From the human T2T-CHM13v2.0 reference genome, Homo sapiens, in assembly GCF_009914755.1 (NCBI RefSeq), contig NC_060933.1: a stretch of DNA of 64,000 nt; one strand, written 5' to 3'. Within the stretch, counting starts at the first letter, position 1. Every line of letters begins with the position of its first letter. Below, one piece after another: positions 1-11,929 of the stretch. Under the pieces are notes generated by a model that saw nothing but the letters and a program-made list of their open reading frames with translations, was not told where the DNA came from and did no database searches. A program made the position numbers and the translations under genes.

Positions 1-583
1 TTTTGTAGACCGGACCGTTCTCAGTTTTCCTTTCTTTGTCTGCCAATTGTTTCTAGATTGAAACCACTTTCTGAGAGAGACAATTATTACCATACGTGTA
101 TGTGTATGTAAATATTAATAATCATTGCATGTATGTATATTTATGCATACAAAAATAAACACTATCCCCACACATATTTCTCATTTTTTAAGTACTAGTT
201 CTTGCTTCCATAAAACGATTTGTGTTCCCCAGTTTCTACTTCATAAAATGTACTTTATTAAAGAGAAAGAAAGCAAATCTTGTACATTTCCTTGTTTGAT
301 GTTTAGAGTAAGTGAACCTTGCAGGTCTGAGCTAAGCTTTTTGGTATGTTTTAGCTGAGTCCAGATTATGGGCTGTAGGTTTCGAAACTAACATCATCCA
401 GTTTTCTCAAAAACCGTCGTGGCAGTTCTCTCTTTAAATTTCATCTGGACTGTCTCTAAAAGCCCTAGCTGACCCCATCATGTCCTTCTTTTATTACTAA
501 ACATGCTTCTTTCCACATGCACAATGACATGGTATTTTTCAGGGCAAAAGGCAAAAATATATTAGGGGTTTCTTTCCTTCCAG

Positions 584-785
584 ATGTAGACATCTTGTCA
601 CCCGAAGAGCAACCAGAGGACGTAGAAAATGGACCTGATCTCAGATGAGACAAAATAGAGCATGTCACTAAGGTGCATGTAAGGATAAATCCATGCAGCT
701 CTAGAAGCAGGATTTGGCAATAGAACTGTCCCATTGAGCCAAAAAGCCAGCCAGGGCATGGAAGCTTGTTATTATGGCTTGCTCT
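584..785 (+). ncRNA. Candidate spliced exon A (lncRNA or alternative last coding exon)
   Basis: Acceptor tttctttccttccAG ends at 583. Overlapping donors ct|GTGAGT (786) and ga|GTAAGA (790). No expression data. Confidence 0.4.
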
Positions 786-1461
786 GTGAGTAAGACCCGC
801 AGGGAGGATGTGAAGGCTGCTTAGTGGGAAGCCTGTTTAGAATATGGGGAAGTAAAAAATGAAATGGGTCTTGAAGGATTCCGAGTCTAATCAGGCTGTG
901 GATATTCCTAACCTTCTTAAAATCTAAAAATAAAAAAAAAAGATAAAATTGCAATTATTTTTAATCCCCAAAGAAGATCATAGATCCCATCTTGAAATTC
1001 TGTTACATAAAAGACAGGTAGTTCTAAACATAGACATTTTTAAACTACCCATCAGAAACTGGGTGAGAAGCAGTGCATTGGAGTGAAAGTACAGGCAAGT
1101 GCTCATGATTAGAAATTAGCACCAGGCAGGTCATGAGGGAGCTAAGGTGAACCACATTCACAATTTTGGTTAAGAAAGCCTAAAATGCTAACTATCACTA
1201 TCTGAATGATGTTTAGCATTGTTGGCTCTTCTCTTCTGTGTCTTTCATTTTTGTTTCTAAACATAATTGAATTCTTTTTCTCTTCACTTAATATTAGAAT
1301 GAACTATGTGACATTTACAGTTTGGCATTTTTGACTTACAAAAATATAATTTATATAGTTCGGCCTAACAATTCTGATAATCTAATTTCTTGTGATTGTT
1401 AGAGTCAAGTATTACTTTTATTTTGTTTGTTTTGTTTCTTTTCCTCTGCTTCCACATTTAG

Positions 1462-1501
1462 TCATCCTTCATATTTTAATGCCTGTTGACATTTTGGAAA
1501 A
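1462..1501 (+). ncRNA. Candidate 40-nt exon B
   Basis: Long pyrimidine-rich tract ~1415-1459 ending tttAG (1461); donor aaa|GTGAGT at 1502. Confidence 0.3.
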
Positions 1502-1911
1502 GTGAGTATTTGGTTAAATGAAAAGAAACCATTTAAAACCTGTGTTTAATGTGCACTCTAAATTAGATCATTTTCCCTTCAATTCTATTCAGAGGGCCTC
1601 TGTATAGAGCTCAGTTTTCCAGATCATTTGGCTACTGCACATATTAGGGCCAGGATGTCATTTTGATGGCCTCAAGGCCTCTACTTCTCTTCAAGTTTTG
1701 AAAAAAGGGCAACTTGATTTTAAAAATAATCCATGTAAAATAATTAGGGTCAGAGAGACAAATGTGTTCATAAGCTCTATTCCAGAAAGTGATCCTTTCA
1801 TAAACTCAGTTCTCCCGAGGGTGGGGAAGGGAGTTTCCATAAAGTATTGTCCATATGCTTCCTAACGTGTGGGAAAGGGAAAGAATGGCTCTTTCCTCCT
1901 CTGTTCTCTAG

Positions 1912-2035
1912 GAGGGGTCATGCATTCTGGAAAATAATGCAGAGTGGTACAGGCTGAAGCGGAGCGGAGAGGACACTGTTTCAAGATTCCTGCGCCAGCT
2001 CCTTCGTTGTTATAGAAGTTGGACTAAATAAAAGG
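1912..2035 (+). ncRNA. Candidate 124-nt exon C
   Basis: Branch-like cctaac 1861-1866, acceptor ctttcctcctctgttctctAG (1911), donor agg|GTAAGG (2036); purine-rich, CpG-containing body. Confidence 0.5.
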
Positions 2036-2523
2036 GTAAGGACTATCTGAATGAGAATCTAAAATAGCCAATGCTATGAGAGTTTATTCTAGTGAGAGAT
2101 TTTCAGCGTGTTCTCCAGATTTTAGGGGAAGAAGACATGAATGGAGAAATTAAAGACCAGATGTATTTTATCTCCTCTGTTGCAATTGGACAGCAGAAAA
2201 AGCGGAGCCCAACACACATCATCAGTTTAGGAATAGCAATCAAAAGGAGTTTTAAAAATTTTTATATAACATGGCACAAGTAATGTGTTCATAAAAATCC
2301 CAGTTCTATTTTACTTCCCTGGCATATAACAGCTTTAATTTATATTAGTTTAAAAAGTCATGTTGGCATAACTCCTGAATATGAGTTTTGCTTAAAAAAA
2401 TTTCCATAGCATCACTAGGAACTAAAAATATTAATCTTCATATATCTCAAAATAATAATAACGCACCTTTATACTATTCTTTATAATTACTAAAACTAGA
2501 AAAAAATAATATTTATTTTGAAA

Positions 2524-2539
2524 CCAATAGGTGGTGCTA
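2524..2539 (+). promoter_or_regulatory. CTCF-like motif
   Basis: CCAATAGGTGGTGCTA, two mismatches to the CCASYAGRKGGCRSTA core, one compatible with CpG deamination. Confidence 0.35.
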
Positions 2540-2689
2540 TAAATTTCCATATTTTAATTCAAAGCAATATGTTCATTTTACTTTCCATTCCTCAGCGGCA
2601 TTAGAAATATTCCTAATTATCACAGTATGATTTTTTATGGCAAAAAAAATCCTGCAGTTAGCCACTGCGATCTGTCTCTTTTCCAACAG

Positions 2690-2749
2690 AAAACTGACTA
2701 TAACTCAGAGTGAAAGATAAAGGGAATCTACACAATTTTTGACAGAAAA
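2690..2749 (+). ncRNA. Candidate 60-nt exon D
   Basis: Acceptor tctgtctcttttccaacAG (2689); weaker donor aaa|GTAAAT (2750). Confidence 0.25.
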
Positions 2750-2957
2750 GTAAATTTATGGAAACAGATCCATATATCATTCTTTGTGGTCTCTGTTTTT
2801 TTCCCGTAGTTCTTCAACTAATAGGAATGCTATGGAAGAACATAATTTAAATGTTTAATTTAATATTTCATTGTATGAACTCTCCCTAGGGGCTAGATTT
2901 ATATAAAAAGCCATAACCACAGTAGTGATAGATCACAATTCTGTATTATGGACTCCC

Positions 2958-3022
2958 AGAATCATGGATCACAGCTTAGAGAACCTTAGAGATCAGGCAG
3001 CTGCAGATGAGACAACTGACAA
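2958..3022 (-). mobile_element. MIR/MIR3 fragment
   Basis: agaatcat...accttagagatca...cagatgagacaactga matches the antisense MIR core. Confidence 0.5.
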
Positions 3023-3265
3023 AATAAAAGCCGAAAGTGCTAGAAATAGGCACTTGATATTTGTCATCATGGGATCCAACATGTTTCTGGTATAAGAGCA
3101 GTTCTGAACATTGGAAGACACTGACAAATGAAAATCCAAATTCTATTGCATCTTTCAAGTGTAAATAGTATTTTCACACTGACATGTTTCCTTAATGTAT
3201 ATACCCTGAAGATATACATCTAAATCCTTTCCTTCTGTTAGAAAAGCTATGGAAATCTTTCACAA

Positions 3266-3310
3266 CTTCTCTCTCTCTTTCTCTGTGTGTGTGTGTATGC
3301 ATGTGAGTGC
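3266..3310. repeat. (CT)n/(TG)n compound microsatellite
   Basis: Seen directly. Confidence 0.8.
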
Positions 3311-3859
3311 ACACATGTTATAAAACTGGTATGTTGAAGAAACATAAGAAGTTCAATGAGATCTTGTAAAAATGCCAAAAAGGACTATGGCAGCTGCAAC
3401 TAGCTGCAATATCAACCCTATCATTCCTCAAACATCTGGGTGATTTCCACCTCTCTTCTTCCAGATGTTTTGGTATCTTGTGGAGATAGCCTTAAACACT
3501 TGTCAGTATTGAATGAGCAGCCTCGTTTCTTATTGGGAGATGTGTTTGTAGAAGACATTATAATTTGCAAACGATTACACTGTGTGCAGCAGACAGTTTC
3601 CTCCTTCCCACCGGGAGACCTTTCTGTGCTGGCTAGTTATTTCCTGCTTCCCCAAGGCTTGCTTTTTTCTGCCCTTCAGGGATCAGCTGCCTCCTCCTGG
3701 CTTAGCTGGTAGAGATTGGACTGAACCAACTGTTAAATAGTCATTTTTATATTCAAAAAATATTTTGTAATATTGAAGATACAAAAAAGAGGAAAGCATG
3801 TCTTAAGAGTAGAAGTAAGAGTCCCTTAGGAGACATTAATAGAAATGTGGGAAAAGGAG

Positions 3860-4200
3860 TTGAGATCTTATTCTATGCTATGCTGCAGAAAATTCAACTG
3901 GAGCATTATGTTCAAGACTGAGCACCGCATTTCAAAATGGGTTTTGACAAATCAGGGCACAACTGAATGGAAGTAGCAAGAATGATGAAGAGACATGATA
4001 TGCCATATGAAAAATGGTTTAAGGAACTGCAGACTTTTAGTTTGAATAAGAGAATATTGGTGAGGTTTAGTAGGGTTGGATATGATAACTGTCTCCCAGT
4101 AATTGACAAGCTGTCATATGGAAAAGACATTAAAGATATTAGATGTAATTTTAGCATACTTATCAAGGATTAATAGAAAGAAGTTGCCATTTGGCATCTG
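3860..4200 (+). mobile_element. L3/CR1 LINE fragment, ORF2 C-terminal region
   Basis: ORF 3967-4173 (ARMMK..MPYEKWFKELQTFSLNKRIL) and upstream ctggagcattatgttca..gcaccgcatttc resemble the CR1 ORF2 tail LEYCVQFWAPHFKKD..ATRM..YEERLKELGLFSLEKRRL. Confidence 0.8.
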
Positions 4201-4364
4201 ATTTCACTGTCAAGATATTAGCATGAGATGTAAATAGCTTTCTTTCACTATTATAAAGTGAAATACAACACAAAATGAATCCAGCTATAAATTGAAGTGA
4301 AATAGACTTAAATAAGCATGGCGTGTTTGGGCACAATAGCAAAAATAAACTTCTTAAAAATTGA

Positions 4365-4660
4365 TCTATTCAGTAAATATTTATTGTACACCTATAATGT
4401 ACCAGGTATTTTTCTAGGCAGAGGAAATAAAGCAGTGGACAAAATAAAGTTTTTGCTCTTACAGAGCTTTCACTTGTAGCTGAGGGGTATGGAGTCAATA
4501 AATAGAGGAACAAAAATATGCAATATATCAGGAGGTGCTAAGTGCTATAAAGAGAAAAGGATAAAGAGGTGGAGTGCTATTTTGGATAGAGAAATTGATC
4601 AACACTACCTGTACATTTGAGGCAGAGGCTGATGAGAGCAGATCACAGAAAATGTTCCAG
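4365..4660 (-). mobile_element. L2 3' end
   Basis: attcagtaaatatttattgtacacctataatgtaccagg is the antisense L2 3' terminus. Confidence 0.8.
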
Positions 4661-5189
4661 TAGAGACTGGTTAATCAATTTGGGAGGGATAAAGTATTGG
4701 CACATATTTCTTTCTGTGCTTATCTACCCCACTAGCTTATACGTTTATTTTGAGCATGGGTAAAATGGGATGAGGAATACATATTTCTTCACGTCTAACA
4801 CTTACTACCTGCTACACTGGGGTGGAGTGAAAAGTCTACAGGGAATTAGGCATTGGATATATTGCATGAAAGTACCCAATCAATGACATATAATTAATTT
4901 CCTTTGTAAGCATTCACTCTCTTCCTTCTCTTTTCTCAAGTCTACATCTTCCCTTTCTTCTCTAAGCCCTGGACTAATACAATAGTATTAGTTTTATTTT
5001 TTACTATTGCAAATATGTAAGACCTTCAGTGCTACGATTGATAAAAAAGAAGTGTAAGGAAGATAAGGTTGCACAGAAAATCATCTAATCCCGCTAGTCT
5101 CAGTTACTTTCAATGCGGGACTCCCTTCCTGACACTTCTTATAAAAATAGGAAAGGTGATTCAGCTTTTTTTGCAGGGGAACACAACTT

Positions 5190-5420
5190 GTTTAATTAGG
5201 ATTAGATTCAGCTGCATGGAAATAAAATCTAAATAACTGTGGCTTAAAAACTAAAGGTTTCATTCTCTCGTAAAAATATCAGAAGTTGGAGATACAGTGC
5301 AGATAAGGCAGTAGTATAAAATCTTCAGAGATCCAGCATCCTTTGAGGATTTCATCACACCTAGAGTGAGGCTGTCTTGTCTATATGGTCCTAGGAGTTG
5401 CTGGAGGGCCAGTCAACCAT
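5190..5420 (-). mobile_element. Old MLT1 (MaLR) LTR fragment
   Basis: ttaggattagattcagctgc..ctgtggcttaaa..aaggttttcattctctc resembles the antisense 3' end of MLT1J/K/L-type LTRs. Confidence 0.6.
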
Positions 5421-5544
5421 ATGAATTTGAACTTACGAAAATGAACACTAATATCTGAATTACTTTCATCTGCTTTTATGTAAGCATTTCTATTTAGTAA
5501 ACGAACTTGGATGTTAAAAAATATGGTGAATACTAACCTCTTTA

Positions 5545-5665
5545 ACACACAAGAATTATGAGACCCAGAGAAGTTAAATACCTTGCTTGAGACCCCAGAG
5601 CTAGCTATTGATGGGAAGAAAGGAAAACTTAAAACTCCTGATCACATGTGTCCCATTTTCACTGT
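5545..5665 (-). mobile_element. MIR fragment
   Basis: gagacccagagaagttaaataccttgc..cagagctag antisense core. Confidence 0.65.
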
Positions 5666-7899
5666 TAGGAGAGTCAGTATCTTATCCAAATCCCATGTAA
5701 CAGTGAACATAGAAGAGCTGAGAAAATACCACACCATTGAATCTACCCACCAGACTATGCATACCTTCAGTGTTCAGTAAATATTATCATCTACTTTAAT
5801 GGTGAGGAATATTAGAAAATAATGATATACTCCATCTGTAGCAACATCACACTGTTTTGAAACAACTTGACACCAGGACAACAGGAGAAAGTATAGGAGA
5901 TGCTGTTTCTGGGAGCATAAGAATAACACTAATGTACCTTTAAGAAAGTGCCATTCAGTTACTGCACCAATTTGTTCTGAAACATCCTTCTTTTGCCCTT
6001 CTTTTATTCCCTTGTTTCAAAGAATTTTCAAAGATGTTTGGAAATGTGATCCATTAGCTATAGCAGCCATGAAGATGTAGGACAATTGATTTGGTAAGAT
6101 GATATGACAATTGCTTCTTTAATATCAAAGCTATTAGAGAAAATCAGGGCTTTGCCTTTATATGATATCTAAGTAATGCAAGCCATTAAAATACAGCCTC
6201 CATGAAAACTGGGCAAAATGGTTTCAAATAGGGGTTGAGTATGTTTGAAACAGAGAAATTTGACAGAATCAGTTCCTATTTTGTGTATAGTTGAACTGAT
6301 TGAATTACTATTTCTGCCTAGAACCACAGAAGCTCAAGAGACTCCGGGGCCTAAACCACAAACAATGGCTCTTTTGTCTAAGAGGAACCCATGGTGGGGC
6401 TATTACACACAAACATGTGTGATTTCAACCTAGAGCAGAATAATTAAGAATTCAGCTTCAGTCCAGAGCAGCTTATGCATCTGCCTACAGGCACTCAGCC
6501 CAAACCTTGATATAAGAATGGAACATACTACCACACACGAAAGTAGGGAAAACGTTTTTCCTTTTCTCAATTATTTAAAAGTGACAATTAATTGTACCTG
6601 TGATTTGCTCCGTCTCAGTTTTGAGGCATATAAAGGAACAATTTCTCACATTTATGGGAGAATGGTGTGAAAGTCATTGAAATTGGCATGATACAGAACA
6701 TTGCCACATTGGGATCTACTGAGGAAACCAGACAGTGGAAGGTGATACCCAGATGACACTGTTGGAGCGATTCCTTCCATGAAGCTGCACATCTGGATTG
6801 TGCTGCTGCCAGGGAGAAAGCAGGCACTTCTATTAGCTGTAGCTCAGAATTAAAATGTAGAGAAGCAGAATGTGTTCTGCAACATGCCAATGATGTAAAA
6901 ATGTTCAGGGTGAGATGTTGACTTTTGTGTGGTGTGTGTGTTATGTGTGTGTATGTCAGAATAGTTTGCAATATTATGTGTTCATGCTTCTGAACAATAG
7001 CATGTGCTCTTTTAAGCACAAGTTACACCATGGGCCCAGTAGGTTTAGGCACACTTCATGGGAAAAGCCCACTTTATGTGTGTCAAGAGAATAAGAAAAT
7101 GGCAGTTTGTCCATAAAGTCTTTGTCTGTAATTAAGATAGACACATAGCTGGTTGATTAAATGATATTGAATGATATTTTCTTTATCCCTGAATCCATCA
7201 GGGCTGGGCACTTGTAGAAGGTGAAGAAAAATGTTGATAGATTCAGGTATGCTTTGAATGTAGTAGGAATTTAATATTTATTCACCTAGTATATACAGAC
7301 CATATATACACATTTAAATATATAATTATTGCACTGCTCAAGAATAATATTGTTTATTTCCTGTTAACATCCATCTAGAAGAAGAAATATTTAAGTCATA
7401 TAGTAGAGCCTATCATCGATCAGGATTAGCAACCAATGAGGCCAGTGAATCTGACTCATTTTGCTCATTATTATTGCTGTTTATAGTTTGTATTCAAATT
7501 CAAAGACCAGATTCCTAATGAGTGGTTAAAGCCTAGGATGGTGCAGTGATATGGTTGGTTTTGGGGATTATATACCAACAGCCTGGATAGCTAGAGTGAC
7601 CCAAACTAAGCAAAGAACCTTTTCATGTGTCACTGCATTTCATTGTATGACATGATTCTACCACGATATTTTATAGATACAGTGACATGATGCATTAATA
7701 GAAACAGAATAGTTATTCTGCAAGATGTATCTTGTCTTGTTGGCTGGACATGTAAACTGAAGATCCTGTAAGTATTCTTAGAGCCATGGACCTACCATAA
7801 TATTAAGGAGTAAAGAAAAATGAGGTAGAACACACGTTTTCTATTCTCTTACTTTTGATTCTCATGTAAGTCAGTGTTGGTGCACTGAAATGGTGGCAG

Positions 7900-8060
7900 C
7901 AGAATCATAAGTTTATTTAAGTTGTAATTATGGAATCTGAAAGCTGGAAGAAAACTTGGAGGTGTCCAGTCAACTTTCCTTATTATAGATGAGAAACTCA
8001 GGACCTGGAAACTTTACCCTTTCTTATCTCCGGAAACTAGAGTCTGAAATCCAAGCCACA
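7900..8060 (-). mobile_element. MIR/MIR3 fragment
   Basis: gctggaagaaaacttggag..ttatagatgagaaactcagg. Confidence 0.6.
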
Positions 8061-8715
8061 ATTCCTACGGCTTTTGTCTCCTTTATCTGCCCCATTGACT
8101 CATTAAGGCCAAATATATGTTATTAAGTAAAAACAAAGTTTATGCATGTTCTTGCTATGTAGCTAATTTATTAAACCTCCAAATTTAACTTCCATCTACT
8201 TCCAAACTCCCCAGTGCCACCCAATACTCTCTGGTTACCAGAAATTTTAATTATTGTCCATGGCTGAAAATCCTTCCTTCTACAAACATTATAGTGGTCT
8301 TAATTTTTCTGGAAATTACCTAAGAATATAGAGGAACCCCAAATAAAGGGGCATTTCTAAAGTTATTCTTAAATTTTTGATTGGCTCCATGAAGATTCTG
8401 TGGTGTGTAGACAAAAGCCACTTCTGAATTTTATCCCCTTTTATTCACTTGACTGCTTCTCCAGAATCCATTCTGTTAGAGGAGACTCACCCACACCAAA
8501 GAGTCCTGGCCACACTGAGGTAGAGAAGAAGGCTATGAGGCCCTCTGGACCAGATGCACACTGCTCTGGAGTTGGATGTAAGCAACGACGGCTCTGCAAT
8601 GCAGTGCAACAATGGGACTCATGATGTGTTACAGTGGGTAGTAATGGAGTATTACCCTATGGCTTCTAAATGTGCAATGAGAAGCCACCAACTATTTATG
8701 TATCTAATGAGCAAA

Positions 8716-8716
<1 letters not shown>

Positions 8717-8751
<35 letters not shown>

Positions 8752-8759
8752 ACACACAC
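8717..8759. repeat. (CA)n microsatellite, ~21 units, one interruption
   Basis: Seen directly. Confidence 0.95.
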
Positions 8760-10629
8760 TTTAATTTTTATTTACTGTAAACTGGTTAGGTTCTTCAAGC
8801 ACACAGAAAAAATCGAGTCTTAGAAGTATTCAATTTGCAATTTGCTTCTTATTTATTGCCAAAGTGAGCGCAAAACCAACAATAATGAAATGGTAGAGCT
8901 CTACTATCCTGCTCTGAGAGTTGCTTTTTTGCACAAGAAGCATTTTCCAGAGTTGTTTTGTATAGGTCCTTGGACACCACTTCAGTGTTAATGGTTCTGA
9001 GATGTGGGGGCTTACACTGAAGTAGACTAAATGTCCATGCATTTTGCTTAATATTGAAAAAGATCTTGTGTATGTTTAACTAGAGGGTTGCATTAGTGTT
9101 CAGAATGCATATTTTTATCTTCGTCACATCTCAACGGATTCTAATGCTTGTTGGGGGGCACCCCTTAGTCCCTGTGTCACCAAGGAGGGGCTGCCTGGTG
9201 AGATTTTCACATGGCATAATTCTGGCAGTACCTCTGGGGATTCCACCATCCGACCCAAGCCTGGTCTCAGAGTTTTCAAAATGTCTCCAATTTTATAAAT
9301 GCACTTTCAATTAAAGATAGTCATTCCCCAGTAGTTAATTAAGGAAGTTTGTATTTTGTCATTCCCTGCTTGGAACAAGTGAACAGCTCAGTTTCAGCGT
9401 GGGAACAGGAGGAAAAAGAGGAATGCAATAAGGGCTTGTGAGGGTACATCTGCAACTAGAACTGAAGATTGGACAGTTCCCACATAGGCAAATTCTGTTA
9501 AGGCAAGTATGTGATCACATGAAATCAAGCAATACTGTTATATTAAAGAATACAAATAAAGAGACTTCTCCAGAGAATATTTTGTTGGGAAATGTAAATA
9601 GATAGGGAAAAATAAGTTTAAGTCTTGCAAAATTTTAGGTTTGATTTTCTGGGAATTTGCCACATGATAAAGCCTAACAGAGAATTCTAGATATTATTCT
9701 AAAAATATACTGAGTTTACACAGTTTTATTTGCTTTTTGTACTTAAAGGGGGTAATAATACTTATTTATAAAATTCTGAAAGTGAGACATGCTTTCAAGA
9801 ATTGACAGATTTCAGAAGATAATTGCAAGGGCTATTTGTAAAAGTTCAAGTTTGGCTGAAAGGTCATTGGTTGAGAATTGCATCTTTATGCTGCTTCTTT
9901 ATAGCATTTATAACTATATAGTATATTGTTTCTATATCTATATATTATATGTAGATATCTTCAAATATGCATCTTATAAGTATATTTTTGCTTAAAAATG
10001 CTTAGTAAAGAACTCTAATTTCAAACCCTGAGTATATAAAATGATGCACAATTTCACCAGAATTTCAGAATAAAAAAGGCTCAGATGTTTTTGGAATTAG
10101 AATAATCTTTGAAGGAAAATCCCAAGTTTACCATAACCAATAGGAATAAAAACTGCCCTAGGTAGAGAGAGATTCAGCTCTCTGGTAGATTAGCTAGTGG
10201 GCTAAATCGCTGGCAAATTAATTTTATATTCCCTAATAATTAGCTTTGTTAATCTTGTGCCATAAGAGACTTTCTATTCATGGAATCACAAACAGCATTT
10301 GTTGTTGAAAAATACTAACACTAGTGAAACCTAACCCAGAAATAGACCCTATTAAAATATGGCTAACTGAGTTTCATGTCAAGGCTAAGTAAAAAATACA
10401 GTAAAATAAAATAAAGCCAAATTTGTCTAAGGTGGTGGAATGTGTGGGAGGGCATGGCAGAGTATGAGATGTTTAATTTTCTGGAATAGCATCCTGTATC
10501 TCTTCCACCTCCTAAATGGCCACTGTGGAAAGCAATGTCATAGACCCACCATTAACACACCGTCTTGCTGTGTCTCACATCTGATTTGGTCCCCAAATCA
10601 CCCAGAGAAATCAGCACAGCTGGCAGCTG

Positions 10630-10929
<300 letters not shown>

Positions 10930-11499
10930 TGGCAGCTGGTTTTGATTGAGAACTATGGCATTAAAAGCAATAGTAGCAGTCGGCCGCTGCTGATAGTGAA
11001 CTACCTTTTCCTGTAGAATAGAGAGCTAATTATTTGTCTTGAGATTTCTTCCTCTCTTCAAAGGAAACCACTTTGATTCCTCCAAAGTTGTCAAGCATAA
11101 AAGAGCCCTGCCCCCAAATTGGGATTGCCTTTTTTCATTTTCCTCATGTTTTGTGAGATTTTCACTGTTGTTACTCTGGTCTGCATATCCTGTTTTTCTG
11201 CTTCTACTCAGACATGCCAATTAAAGAAAGATACAGTTTATTTAAAAAATATGGTCCTAGTATTGACTGTAAAGAGAGCTCTTAAACAGACCTGAACTCT
11301 TCATTGGGATTAGCTGAATGTAGTAAGTAAATCCCATGTTGAATGGTGACCTTGTAAAGTCTCCAACAAGCAGGGCTGTATTGAACTTTGCAGCAGCTTA
11401 AGTGAAACAAACCTGCTTCTTCCCTAGGGCATAGTCCTGGGGCAGGCTATGTAATGGGCAAGATACCCACTGCAAGAGGCTGCAAGAATGGTCTAATGT

Positions 11500-11650
11500 A
11501 TTCATTTCCAAAATGTGGTCCCTAGACCAGCAGTTTCAGTGTCATTTGTTGCACATTCTGAAGCCCCTGACAAATCTGGGTGCTCAGCACACTGTTTCAG
11601 CAAGTGCTTCAGGTGTTTCTGATGCATGCTAGCATTAGAGAACCACTAAT
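11500..11650 (+). mobile_element. MER5A (hAT-Charlie MITE)
   Basis: aaatgtggtccctagaccagcag...ggtgtttctgatgcatgct..gagaaccact. Confidence 0.75.
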
Positions 11651-11863
11651 CTAGTGCATAACAGGCTTTACATCGACACCTGTCTATGTAAGCGTAGTTT
11701 AGCTTCACTGTAGGGGAAAGACAGCATCTTGAATTGTAAGAAAAGTTGGATGGGCAGATAAGTCAATGGGGAAAAAGCACCCTTATATCTTGACTATGTA
11801 AGGACAGCCTGATACTTAGATATTTCTCCTTCTCTTTCTTTTTCTTCCCTACCACACATCTGT

Positions 11864-11903
11864 CACACACACACACACACACACACACACCCCACACACA
11901 CAC
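11864..11903. repeat. (CA)n microsatellite
   Basis: Seen directly. Confidence 0.95.
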
Positions 11904-11929
11904 CAGTTTACAGATACTGTACCATTCTT

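Noticed and set aside
1-4400. Assignment to a named lncRNA such as XIST, SOX2-OT, RMST, ANRIL or HAND2-AS1
   Set aside because: None of the sequence I recall for these genes is present, so no gene symbol is given.
6615-7019. 134-aa minus-strand ORF in unique sequence
   Set aside because: Non-ATG start, partly built from TG/CA low complexity, no recognisable homology or splice support.
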